64,000 nucleotides of DNA from Lingula anatina (lineage: Eukaryota > Animalia > Brachiopoda), in the NCBI GenBank assembly GCA_051362555.1, contig CM120641.1:24372401-24436400 (forward strand). Direction: 5' to 3'. The notes under the pieces are model-generated. The model ran no database searches. It saw only the letters and a list, made by a program, of their open reading frames with translations, and was not told the origin of the DNA. The translations under genes were made by a program, and so were the position numbers. Of the stretch, positions 13,201 through 26,652 are shown one piece after another (position 1 is the first letter of the stretch; each line of letters starts with the position of its first letter).

Positions 13201-13687
13201 TTTGATCACAACCACGATATATTGTTGGGGAATTTCTTTCCATTCTAAGTGTGTGTGTGTTAATGCGTCGTAGTGATACACAAAGGCCGAGGTTTTGACA
13301 AGCCCTTTCACTCACCTTCGTTGAAAATTTTCGATCAGTCTGCGATCAAGGATGTTTCCCGCTGGCTCCCAAGTGCAGTGCCTGAAAAACAGGATGAAGA
13401 GGTGACTCTCTTTGAAGCCTGCACCCACAACGATGAACAAGCAAGACTGTAACCGGTAAAATACAGGGACTACTTACTTCAGACTCCAGCCTTTCCATTT
13501 GACGAGATATTCCACCTTGCCCTGCAAAAATGAGAGAAATTTTAGAGTGGTTAGAGTGCTCTCTGCTGTCGTGAATCTGAAAAGCTGAGTACGTGTGAGA
13601 GACGCCAACGCTTACCTTACGAATTCGTCGTTTGACGATGTATTCTGCAGCAAATACCCTTTCCCCCATATCTGATAGTTCCATCAT
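7266..13687 (-). CDS. CBX: Polycomb-type chromobox protein (Pc/CBX2-4-6-7-8 family), paralogue 1, ~489 aa. Exons 13687-13616, 13521-13478, 13381-13316, 8876-8816, 8492-7266
   Basis: Spliced chromodomain [58 protein letters not shown]. AT-hook-like KKRGRKPK, an acidic/Ser patch and three GRP AT-hooks follow. The C-terminal Pc box reads YWRPP...LITDVTTNTVTVTIREC...GFF. All introns are GT-AG with matching phases (total 1470 nt). Confidence 0.95.
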
Positions 13688-16061
13688 TTTTACACCACGC
13701 TATGTGACCTACTTAACGAAGCCGACTTAACAAGGGGCAAACAGGTCTCGACGACTCATAAATTATTAACTCTGCGGGCGAAAAGAATTGGTTTGTTTAC
13801 TTTCTGATATATTTAGACGTCATGAACCACACATAATTTAGCCATTTGATCTTCATGATCGCTTGACGTGTTTTATATATAAATGTGACTCATTTTTTCA
13901 AGATATAAGTCTACAATCCATTGAAATGGGTCTACCACATGAAACAGTAATATTTTGGATTGATGATAATCACATGATATCACGTGTAAATAAAGTATAT
14001 AATAAAGTATCTTAAACATTGCTGTGGAAACGAAGTGTGTATTTACTTAAAATAATTTGACATGAAATTTATTCGTCGTCAATTGGTACATTTTAACAAA
14101 ACAAAAATTGGAAAAGAAGGAAAATATTCAGAAATGCAGCAAAATTTGGCATTTTGAAATTTTGAAAAATTCTATTCATCCTACTTAACTGACGAACAAT
14201 ATTGTGAATATGATTAAAAGATTTTAGATATATGAGATAAAGCCATGTACTAGAAGTTGAATTAGCATGTAGATGGCTAATGTGAATTAAATTCAAGATT
14301 TGCTTAACAAAACTACGTATAAAATTGTCTTGCCTCTAAAATAGAAAATTAAGATGAAGTGAGATTTTTTAAGAATGTTATTGTTTAGCACTTTTCCTCA
14401 ATTTTATGTGAAATACCCATAAAATATCATTTTTGTGCTTTTGAGTCTTATTTATTGTGGAATAAATAATTATTTAAAAAGTACGTTTAGATGGAAAAAA
14501 TTAGAAAAATTAATTTTTGTTGGTTAAATGAGTGATACAATGGGGTTTCGCCAAATTTATATATGGGTATTTCTAAGTCGCTCATAGTTTTTATTCATCA
14601 GTTTTTTTTTTCTTTTTAAGAAATGGATATTGAAGTATTATTGGGCACGTAGTTGAAATAATGTTCATTGTCGTTTCTAATTAATTGTGACACACCAGTG
14701 AAAAAAAAAAACTTCCCAAAATAAAGTGAAATATCAAACCAGACTGAAGTTCCACATGTTTTCATCCACTTTTTTGTTTGTTAATCACATATGTATTTCA
14801 CAATTTTAAGTAGTCGACATAATAGTCCCATTTAAGCGTCCAGTAGGATGTTATCAAAATTCCCTGAAACCGGACCTACAGTCTATTATACGTAGAGGAA
14901 AAAAATCGCCAAACATTTCCGCAATCTTCCTCTTCACATAGTCAGCATAGAACTTGTTGAACAAGCCAATACCAAATCATCTTCTCAATGATAAGGGGGT
15001 ACATGAACATAAACAGCATAATTTCCAGTTTTAAAACTTAACGTCTTTTAAAGATCATCAGGTCCATATACGTTTAGTATATTTACTTACATTAGTAGGA
15101 ATTATTATCTCGGCTTTTTTCACAAAACTTCTGAATTAAGGTTAACTGGAAATAAGGTAATGTCTTTTCAAACTGCTTGCGTCGTAGGTTGTGGGGACGA
15201 TTTTGAATATTTCGATACCGCATTCATTATTAATAAAATTTTCAGATAAATGAGATAAAGCTTTGATCAAACCATTTAAAGGTATCCCATATGTTTTTCC
15301 CGCAAAATCAAATTTTCCTTTAAAAATTTTGCCTACAGTCGAATCATTGCTCGGCCATTTTTAAAACTACTTTATTTCTAAATATTTCTCGTAATATTTA
15401 GAACGCAATGTCTTCTGTATATTTCAAATGGAATTGTCAGCATCAGGTACTTTCATTTGAAGGTTTTTACAGAAATGTGAAAGAAAATTAGCTGTGCAGA
15501 TTATATAGACATAGAAAATATTAATTTGGGAAATTCGGGACTGTTTCAAACGTGGATAGTTTACTTCTAACTGCGTAAAAAGGCGTCGGAATCTTTATTG
15601 ACTGTCTTGATTTCTTTTATTAAACATCAGCCTGCTCAGATTTTGATAAGATTAAGGTGACATTAAAACTAATATATCAACTACAAAAAATATATTTATA
15701 TCAGCTTCACATTTTACCAAAGAAAAAAATAGAGAATTTTTGCTCTGTTTTAATGGTTAGGCCTACATTACTTTATTTTTTTTTAAATTTTATTTTGGAC
15801 TTTGAAGTCACTTTCTATCATGGATGTTCATCTATTGTTATTATTACCTATTTTTGTACTGCATGTATGCTAACACGTTTTAGCCGGAATAAAGGACTTG
15901 TTTAAATAAATGACACAAATTTACATCTATAGTTTGTAAATAAATAGGCCTACACTTAATTCATATTATGTCTACACTGACATAATCGTGATTTTAATCA
16001 TAAAGGTGAAAGGTTGATGTGGCTCCTATATTTCAGTAATTGCTATATCTTGAACACACCT

Positions 16062-16063
16062 AC

Positions 16064-16095
<32 letters not shown>
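16062..16095. repeat. (CA)n microsatellite
   Basis: Seen directly in the sequence. Confidence 0.9.
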
Positions 16096-19000
16096 TGATA
16101 AACTTATCCATATGGGCCCAAGGAGATAGTTGCGTACCTTCATTAGTATCATTATTGAACTAGGACCTGAAAGAACCATAATAACCCCTTGATGACGTCA
16201 TGGAAAACAGCTGCCACAGCACAATGAGGTCTGCAGTCCGCTTTCTTCTCCATTTCCTATAAAAAGGGCGAGTTAGAAATTGAAAACATGATATCCCATG
16301 GGTAATATTCTATCAGTGCAACTGTAAATAAAACTGCGTACGTTATGTGAATGAGGATTAATAATTGAATATTGTTCTGCCTAGTACGCACTCACACATA
16401 AATTACTTCCCCCGTGTTTATAGAGCTCTTTTACAGTAAGATACGTAGTGATTTGATAAATGGATAAGGTTACCCTGCACGCGCGCGAACACACACATGT
16501 ACACACAAAAAGGCCTAGATTATTTTTCCTGTGATTTGGCAAGTACTGGCATTAAAGCATGTTTAATACGCCCAAGGTGCAAAAAAGATTTTATAGATTT
16601 AGTAAAAATGTGATTAAATCGCTTTCATTACTTGCCACCTTATTAATCGGAAATATTCTGAACCGATATTTAACAGAGCCTTTTGTGGGCCCTTTTGTTC
16701 TGACCTGCATAGTCTGTCAACCTCAATGTACGTGATAAACACGTTATAGAATAATTTTAACCGAATTCAGTAAATTTTCATTCAAAAGTGGAAAATACAG
16801 CATTCAATGTTAGCCAAACGTCATGGAAAGAGGCGTTCACCACTGTTCACCATACTGCCAAAATCACTGAATAGTAACTGAGCACCCTGGTTTTGACAAA
16901 AACTTAAATTTTGTCAGTTTTTACCTTATGATTTTAATTTCAGGTTGAAATTTTTTCTACTTAATTGCAGTGAGAGGTGCTGTTGAAGAATTTTTTGAAA
17001 ATTTATTATTTTAACATAGACCTACTTTTCTTACACTGTACACAGATTTACCCTCGTTTATGTGTGACTCTTTTTATTTGCTGATTTTTCACTTTTCAGA
17101 CATATAATATTTAAAAAATATGAAATAAGGTCGTTTACTGTTTTTCCAGGGTGGAAAGCATTGGGGCAAACAAAAGATTACTTGGAAATTTAATCAGCTG
17201 TATTTCAAACAATAATCATAACCCGTTACTTCAATTTGACGTGCATGTTATATTTATACTCTAAGTTCAATGTTCACTCAGCTTGAAATGTACATCTACC
17301 ACTGTGTTTTTCAACCCGATAATACCTTAAGGCTTAAAAGAGTCTATTTCAAGCTGTATATGTGGTTTTAACCAACATAGCTGAGGCTCTAGATTTACAA
17401 CAGTATCAATACAAAAAGGGATATAAAGCATATTCGTGACTGTGTATCCTTTTTTAAAAATATTAGCAATATTACAAGACTAAAGATGTCAAAATATTGT
17501 TTTAATAATTCCAATGTCGTTTTTAAGGTGTGAACGATTAATTCAGAGTTCTAACAGCTTATGTTTATCGTAGTTTAAAGTTCGATGAATTGTCTCATTT
17601 TTCAACTTTTTTCAAAAATGTCAGTAGTATGCGGAGTTATGTCGAGCACCGGGCTCTGTCGCCCCTGCAAGTTTTTTTAGACAGATAACTCTCAAAGTTT
17701 ACAGCTGTTGTTTTTTATATACAATCTTCTCTCAAAAATTACGCTCTTGCCATTAAGTATGGTTTATACTGATGTGATGGCAATGCCGTAATTGCAATAA
17801 GGACAAATTTAGGGGGGAAAGTATCATTCAACCGGCTGACAATATACACATTCGAGGAGGCGTTATCACATTTCAATTTCAATTTCAGGGCAAAACCTGA
17901 GTCGTAGTGACATGCATTAGCGACAGTGACAGATGTACACGTGATATTTCGCTGTGTCAGATTTGTACCCTCTGACATCACAGGGGCCTTTAAAATATTA
18001 TACAGAATTAAAGTATAGGCGATGCAATAATTTTGTAACAGACCACAGCACTAGCGGACTCTATGGTCAGCGAGTATCAGATTTGATACACAGGGTACAC
18101 AACCCTAACCGGTTATTGAGCATTGCTCACGGATTTTTCTTCACTTAAATTGTCACTTGGAAACTGTGCAATTAGGCCTACCATTGCTTAAGAAATTACA
18201 TTTAAGCTGTTATAAAAACTATCACAGCGAAAGTTTGAGAAAAAGATGAACATATGTCTCTAGGTTTCGTAATATATTATAATTTTAACAAGAGTGTCGA
18301 CTGTTTTATCAATGATTGCTTCTTGTCTAAAGACAGGTAAATCATTTTTGACGCAGTCATCATCAAAGTGCAGTGATTCATGTCTCAGCACTTGGCTCGT
18401 CACATACAGGTGAAATGACGCACCAGGGATACATTTTCACATTTATCTACCAAAGATATTATTTGAAAGAGACACCGAATGTTTCTCCATTACCTTTCGT
18501 TATTGGCTAAATCACTATATTTTATACATGAACAGTTCACAAATGATTTCAATCCTAAATTTGTACATCAAAACCTTTTTCATTTCTCATTGTTTATTGG
18601 TTCGTTCTCATGTAGAAAATAAAATAAAATGCGGTTTGATAATATTTAATACACCATTTACGTGCGCAATGTGTGTCTCACCAGGAGTTGTGAAAAGATT
18701 ACTCTGTACTATAAACAAATTAGCAAAAGTTTTTTTTTTTTCATGTACGAGTTAGAGAGATCAGGACTGATGTCCTTTGAACTGCACTTTAAGTAATGTA
18801 ATAATGTAAATAGACAATTCTTTATAAATACATTGCACAAGTGTGTTGTGCCTTACCTAAACCTTATCTAAACACTTACAAAATTGCACATTTTTTATAG
18901 CACTGTAAAAATGCTGCACAGACGCTTGAAATGCTGAAGTATCGTGTTGAATATTTGGAATTGCCTTTAGTTATCGCAATACCGTACGTCATATTTAGTC

Positions 19001-22000
19001 TAGAGACGTAGGCCTTCGTAGAGAGTATGTAGCCATAAACAATCTAATTGGACAACCACTGATAAAAAAGAAATGCAAAACCCCTTTGCTAATATCACAA
19101 ATATGTAGAATTATAGTAAGCGCCTTGTTTCCATACAATTGATAATTTTCCTTCCTTTCTCTTTCAAAAGACGTTTCACTCTCTGCCTATAAATATAGGT
19201 GAATAACTTTTTTTTGCCATTTCCTCCCTAATAATAAGGGATCGAAAACAATCACTCAGTAGTTATATACTTGTCTAATTTTCCATTCTTATTTTCAATT
19301 TTATATACCGTTAAAAGTAAAAAGGGCAGTAGAGAAAAAATGCAAAGATCTTCAGGGTGCGGAGGGCCACGAAAAAAAGTCAGTTAAGCATAAATGCATT
19401 CCATTCGAAGCGAACCAGTGCGTTACGTTACAAAGAAGTCCTTTGTAATCTGGTGCTCGCTATATAATCGATATGAACTGGCTGAAAAGTTTACGCTTTC
19501 TGGAAGGCCTGATGATTGAAAAGGATTTAATGGGCCTCCACTCAGGGATTCGTGTTTACTTCTCGGTGCGTCTGCTCTTTTTAAGTACCTGCAGTACTTT
19601 TTTCTGCCCGCGTTCGCCCGACTGATAATTGAGTACAAAGACGAAAACCCAGTTTTGTATTTTCAAAGGCAGATTCAGTCAGAGCACTGAAGGTGTTGGC
19701 GCGTGGCCATTTTAACTAGGCAAAAATATATTGAAACAGAATAGTGCTGGTTATATATATATATATATATGCAGTAATTTTGCGAAGCCCGACGAATACT
19801 TTTTATGTACTTTTTATGCTCTCTAATGACTTCCTTTTCACCCTTTACACGAGAGGCCTAATCCTTCTGACAAAGTCCATCCCAACAGGTTCGACACTAT
19901 TTTATTCCTAAGCGTTTAGAATACTGAAATTTCACACTTGATCTCCATTTCCGTTCATATTTCATATTTTTTCTTGAGAAAGTCACAACAGAACAAACAA
20001 TTCGTAGATGCGGGCTAAGCGTCTGCTTACATAAGGATACTCCAACAAGCTACATTATCATTGTTGCTCATTTCTATACTCATTCGGCAATTTCAAACAT
20101 GCTCTGAAATCTCCCCATTTCACTCTACTTCCGTCTTTATATCGAAATATGTGTTGTCGATTTATTCTGATTTTTTTTTTTTTTTTAGTTGGCGAGGGCA
20201 GAGTTCCTGTCAGAAAGACCTCCACATACACACATCAACAGGAAATGTTTATCAAAAGTTTCACATTAAGTCATTTTATAGGTATTAGCCCAAGGCATTG
20301 GTCTGAGGTGCAATCACTGATACAGTTTATGAAATAGAAGGCAGACAGTACAGTTTACCGTGTCGTCTAAAAGTATGCGTTACGCACAATCACACCATAT
20401 AAGTCGCCTGGCAGCGATTCTAAAAGATATACGCACTGAATGACGGTAGGCCCTTCGTGAATTGTGTTTGCACGTTGCACTACCATCATTTCAATGACTA
20501 GCTTGCATATACACGGAGGACACAAACGATGAAATGTTACAACTTATCTCAAGAATAAATTACGCGGTCCATGGCACCGATTAGTTTGCAATGAGCGTGC
20601 CATTTGTGACATGTACACCGCACCGGCCAAAGTCTTCTGACAAAAATAATACGTGATTGTTAGTATTGCATAAAGCTATAACAACATTGTCTAAACGTCC
20701 AGTCAACATTTTATTCTGTGAAATTTTTAATACTTGAATTACATCATAACGTTTTAATAAAGTTTTCGTTGTTTTGTTTGTTGGCTTAATTAATCTTTTT
20801 GAACCTTTCAAATAGCCCGTTCAGATGCACCTAACGGTCTTTCTAAGTATTGATGAATTGCTTTTCCTGCTCACAAATCGCTCTTTGCTGAAAGTGCACA
20901 TGGCAGTAAAGAGAGAAAATGATCTCCGTGTTCATCTAAAACAGGACTTCAGGTTGGTGGATAAGTACAGTGGTGCCCAGTAAAATATGGAACTTGTCAC
21001 TGTCCTCAGGAAAATTTGTTGATGAAGTCTACTTCATATCCTATGAATTGTTACTTTGGCCAACGGTCTTAAGAACAAACTGAGTGAGATTGCTTGTGAT
21101 ACTAAATTATTCGAGTTAACTGCCCGTATCCCTGTGCCAGTAAAATTGCATGAACCAAGTCAGACGGGGGATGGGGGGAGTTGTAGATGACGGTGCCCTC
21201 AAAGCAACGGGTCACACATTTTTAGTTGTTCAGCGACAAAAATGATCTGTCGTATAGGAACAGCTCCTTGTGTTTTCTATATCTACGAGAATATGACACC
21301 TGTGAATGTATGAATTTTCATAAAAAAATCAATGTATTGAAAAAAAATCTAAAAAAAAAATATGTATGCATTATCTTTTTTATGTGTGGTTACAAGTCTC
21401 CTGTGTGTGAATTGCAATTAAATGATAGCGACTGTCCCTGCGTGAAACTTCAGATCTAAGACGCTTAACAATTTCTATGTGAGACATGGCAACAAACGAA
21501 GTGCAGCCAACCAAATGATTGCTGTTCATGCTTTCTTGCTTCATGTTTTCATGATTCATGTTAAGTATGAATTTTATGTTCATCATAAATTGATACCAGA
21601 CTTGTCTTCGGAGCTCCAAACAGGCATTTCATTTACCGTAAAAAAAAACTCACCAATAAGAAAAAGAAAAAATGTGAAAATTTTGCTTAAATTAGTGCGT
21701 AGGTATCTAACTAGTATTTAAAACGCTAGAGGTTCTTATATGTGGGTAAGTAGACTGCTTAATGGGACATGAATTAACGATGAATCTAGCATATATACAA
21801 ATGCTCTGTTCTTTTATTTAACTTGTAAAGTCTGCGTAAAAATAAATAGTTAAGATTTTAACATATAGAAATTGGACTTCAAACTGATATGGATGTTTTA
21901 TTGTTGATGTTTTATCTCAACATCTCCTCAGAAGGTAATGATAATTTTAATCGACCATCATCGTGATACAGACGTTGCGTGTCTCATTTATGATAACACA

Positions 22001-25000
22001 TATATTATTATAAAATATTTGTAAGTCATTAAAACATACAAGAGAAATTAATTCGTTGACAGTGGGGCTCAGACGTTCTTTTCTACATTGGGATTTGTGT
22101 CACACACGTGATCCGACTTTTTACCTCCATTAAAAGAGCCATAACTTCTATTTCTGATCATTAAAGTGTTAGGGAATATTTGTGTTAGGCTGTGACACCA
22201 GCATATTTCCAGATGCCGCAAGTCACAAACTATTTAAGTGTGTGTGTGAGGGGGGGGAGGGGGCAGTCTTGTCAATTTTTCTTATCAAAAGTTGTTTTCT
22301 TGTTCATTTATATTATTATGTGTATTTTGGGAGTTCACCTAAATGTATATAAAAATTAAGCATAACTCGTATTTTCAAATTGCTAGGACGGAATTCCAAG
22401 ATACCAATCCTAAATTTTGAGTTACGCGTACTAAGTCGACATTTCAAGATACACGTACATGTAACCCGAAATTTCGAGACACTTACGCGAAATTTAAAAA
22501 TGAAATCAAACCAAAATTTTCCCAAAACGCTTCAATACGTATGTATGAAATGCATATGTGGGTTACATGTATAAGTGCATGTGTTGGTGCATGCATATTC
22601 GTATTTCAAGCACAGGTATCAATATAACCATGTGTACTTCAGTCTGCTGATAACGGAAAGGGTTAAAACACTTCTTTGAATAGCCTGGCTGCTATTCATG
22701 TTAAAAGATAATTTTTCTTCTTTCCATGTTTGCCTTCTAGCATTTAGAGTCGACCCTTGGGTCAACTTCTTCAAATAACGTCTTATCTGAAATACGATAA
22801 CATGTCAGAGCTTCGGCCTATATTAGTATTCTGACGAAGACACCGAAGATGCCGCACTGCGTACGCGTCATATTTCGGGCGTCTAGTTTGCGTGATTTAC
22901 GCTTTACACAATGATAAATAGGCAATCCATATATCTGCCAGTGTACCGCCCACCTGAAGGTGTAGACATGTATTATGACGATATTTTCAAATTAACGTAT
23001 GTTTTAACTTAAAAGCAATCATTTGATATACCAATTGACAGGTGTAAAGTCGGGTGTGACCATTTCTTATTTGGTATGTTTCCATGGACATTCTCAATGA
23101 CACTGGTTTTAGTATCAATAATTTTATCATCTTTACTGTTTAATAATCAGTTGTCTGATTTTTTTTTCGCATTTTGATATTACCTCATACACTTGCGACT
23201 TTACCTGTAACGTAGTGTAGTTCAACTTGTATATAACACTAGATTAAGATCGGGATCTTCAGTAATAGGCCTACATGTAGTTCCATCTTTAAGGTGATAA
23301 TTCTTTCAGTAAGGCACGTGTACAGTAGCTAGGGTCAACTGTAATGAGAGGTTGCCTCTAAGCAAAATATTTTTTTAATTGATGACCAAGATGGAGCCCG
23401 AGGTACAGAATTATTCACAATTAAGGTTGGCAAATGATCGTTCAATTTCCAAAGTAAATGTGGGCTGGATTTCGGTCACTACCATGATAAACAATGTCGT
23501 CCCTAATATCGTCATGCATCCCTCTACTTTTAGTCTATTTTTTTGAAATTTCAAGTGAATTTCTACCACGTCAGAGGTAGAAAGATATGTTTGTACATAC
23601 TGTAAGATAATTGAACGCTTTCAATGACAGCGATAGCAATTTTTTCCCCTGGCTAATAGATAATGAACTGCAGCTTTTAAGATAAATCTCTAAAAGGACC
23701 ATTGGGAATTTAACGTGCTTAAAATGTAGCTTATTGTCATTTATTAAATGATTATAGATTTAAAGATTAAAGCTTAAACCTGTGAACCGAAAGACTATTT
23801 AATAGTAATAAAATTCTTTAATGGGTTTATCTGGTGCAGCGTGAGAAGCCATCCTCATATCAAACAGTTCTGGACGCGGATCGTTCTTCGGGAATCATGA
23901 AATTGTTGCTGATTCAAATGGGTCTATATAGCCGCATGGAAGAAGTGGAATTGGGATATCTCACCAAACTGAAAGCGCGCAGCGGCGCTCCTATGCTGCA
24001 CTTACGTCGCCGCGATTAAAAAAAAAATCTATCACTATGTTATATGACTAAGATTCAAATTTAAAAAAAAAAAATAATAAAAAACATCAAGATAACTTTC
24101 AACAGAATCCCATTTCCTGGAGATACGATGTTGTCTGAGAGTGTACTGGGCTCTGAGAACGTGACACCCAACCGGCGTGAATCGTGTTACCGAGTCACTT
24201 CAGGGTAGAGCCTTAGCTGCACTCTATTTGACATGGTCAATACGTCAATATAACACAAGATAACAAACATCTCACTTGTCTACTGAACTAAAACATCAAT
24301 ATGCAGCGTAAGTCAACAACAGTTCAAACCAAGACCTTTATCATGGTAAATTTTCAAGATTTTACCAAGCATGACAAATTTCAAAATTAGCATAATTTCT
24401 AATTAGCACTATTTCTTTCCTACCGAATGGAAGGTATTTTCTTGTCAACGCTCCTCAGTTAATGATGAGACTGTTATGTTATTCGTGTCAAAATTTTTAC
24501 AGAGCTAGTAATTGAGATATTTATGTGAATGCGCCTCTTCAGGGCGCTGTTCAAGGGTAAAAAAACAGCTGTCAAAAGACGTTAAGAAGAGTAATCATTC
24601 ATATTCTTGTGGCTTACATTCTCCGTATTCAGCTGAAAAAATGGTGAAATGATTAAAGATAAAAACGTGTGAGTGTAGAACAAAATCCTCCAGCGATAAC
24701 CGACATTTTTTCTTGGTAGTGTCCTACACTAAAGCATGCGTAATAAGATCGCAAATCAATAAGATGACTTGTGGAAATACAACAAAAACAAACCACAGAA
24801 AACCATGAAGTTCCTTTTTCTTTTTTTAAACTGAATGTATCCTGAGTTGGATTTTTAATTGCTTACCTTTAAGTAAGGTTGTAATCTCTTTGAGGAACAA
24901 TATTTATAGACTACGGCAGGAAGTAGATGGAGATTTTCATAAAAGTAAATTTTTTTCTTATTGATTTGTGATCTTAAGCATGCTACACTGTAGAACGTTA

Positions 25001-26526
25001 CCAAGAAAAAAAGTCGGTTATTGCTGGAGGCTTTTCTACACACGAGGAAAAATAATTGTTTTTCTGATGATATCAACCTCTCATTTGTAAATGGCATGGG
25101 TTACATTCTTTTTTCTTGCTGATTTCACCCTTAACATACAGTATATCGAACCCCAACATTTCATTGTACCTCGAGGTAGTTTGCTCAGAGCATATTTAGT
25201 ATTTCAGGTAAATGTACGTCTGCAAACGTTAAGAAAAGTAAAGTTAAACCGGCAGGCACTAATATGTCTTAGATAGATATATATACTTTGATTTAGTTCA
25301 TGTACTTTCACCGGTAGATCAAAATGGTCCGCAAACAAACTCTCCCTGGTTGTGTTAGCGTTCGGGCTATTATGATTTAATTTAATGCGGCGTGTCAGGG
25401 TGGTGACCCTTTACTTTTCTATGCCCAAATCATATAAGTGTCTGCCCGAACATTAAATGTACAGGTAGATGTGTACATAGACCTATATTTGTATGTCCCA
25501 GGCACAATGACATTTCTGTTTCTCTACTGCACACGCGAGATCAAAAGCTCTGTCACGGGACAAAGAAGAAAATACCTGTAATAACATAAACTCTAGGAAG
25601 AGTATCAACTACAGTGTAGGTGCGTTGGGGGAAATTCAAAGAAATGGTTTCCTGGTTTCAGTATTGTTGCTGGTGTGGGCCTATCTATCATGCTGGTCTT
25701 TGTGCACAGATAGAGTGCAAATGAAAGATGTAAGATATACATCATTTAACGGGCAATATATATAAAAATAGAAATAATACATGTGTGCGTATATGACCCA
25801 AATGCATATATTTTATATTTAACTTCTAGGCAACGTGATAAAACAGTTTTTACCAGCATACAGCATGCTCCCATTTTTCTTTCATTTATTTGTAAAAAAT
25901 ACAGAATGTCGCTGCGTATTGATCAATTTTTTTATAAGTGTTATAGTTTGATAAATTTTCTAGGCGATCTAAAAATTCAAATTCACCCACTCGTGAAAAA
26001 TCCATACGAAATTCATTCGTCTTTGAAAGAATTTGAGTGCCATAACATGGTTTCTGCGATGTAATAATCGATTGGCGTGGTATTACAGCTTACTAAAACA
26101 AGTGCGCTGGTTTGTGCCGACACGACTGGGTATTGACCTACGGTTTGGCGGTGTGAAGCAACTGTTCACGCAGTCTGCGCTATTTACACTTCACATTGGA
26201 CGAGGTCCAGACTTCACCCTTTAAATCTTCTTTATATAACGATTTTATTCGTGCGTTCACAAATTGAAATTTGCCACGATGATCATGATGTATCAAGATC
26301 CACACCACAGATGATTTACGTTTGCTGTTTTAAAATCTAGGTCGCCGACTTGACGAGGTGGAACGCGCTCGAAATGGTAATTAACCTGCCATTGCAGAGC
26401 ACCTTGAGATTCCATAGCATCACGGGTGTCCCGTCGAAAAATTAACCCTTTGAACGGTCGATGACATATCGCCTGTATCACGGGAATTTAGTGGGTAATT
26501 GTGGGTCACAGATGGAACTGACGGAG

Positions 26527-26534
26527 TGACGTCA
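26527..26534. promoter_or_regulatory. Palindromic CRE-like site TGACGTCA about 120 bp upstream of the CBX paralogue 2 start codon
   Basis: Exact CREB/ATF consensus in a CpG-rich proximal region; function is inferred only. Confidence 0.35.
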
Positions 26535-26652
26535 CGCGAGATTATTATGGGCTGTCGGCTCTGCTAAGCTGTAGGGAAATGCAATATTTAATCTCCGCAT
26601 ACGTGAGCTGAATAGCACATTGATATACATACCACTCTCTCACTCGCTCGGC

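Noticed and set aside
23834-24019. 61-aa ORF / GC-rich patch as a possible small gene or ncRNA
   Set aside because: No recognisable family, splice context or RNA fold that I can support.
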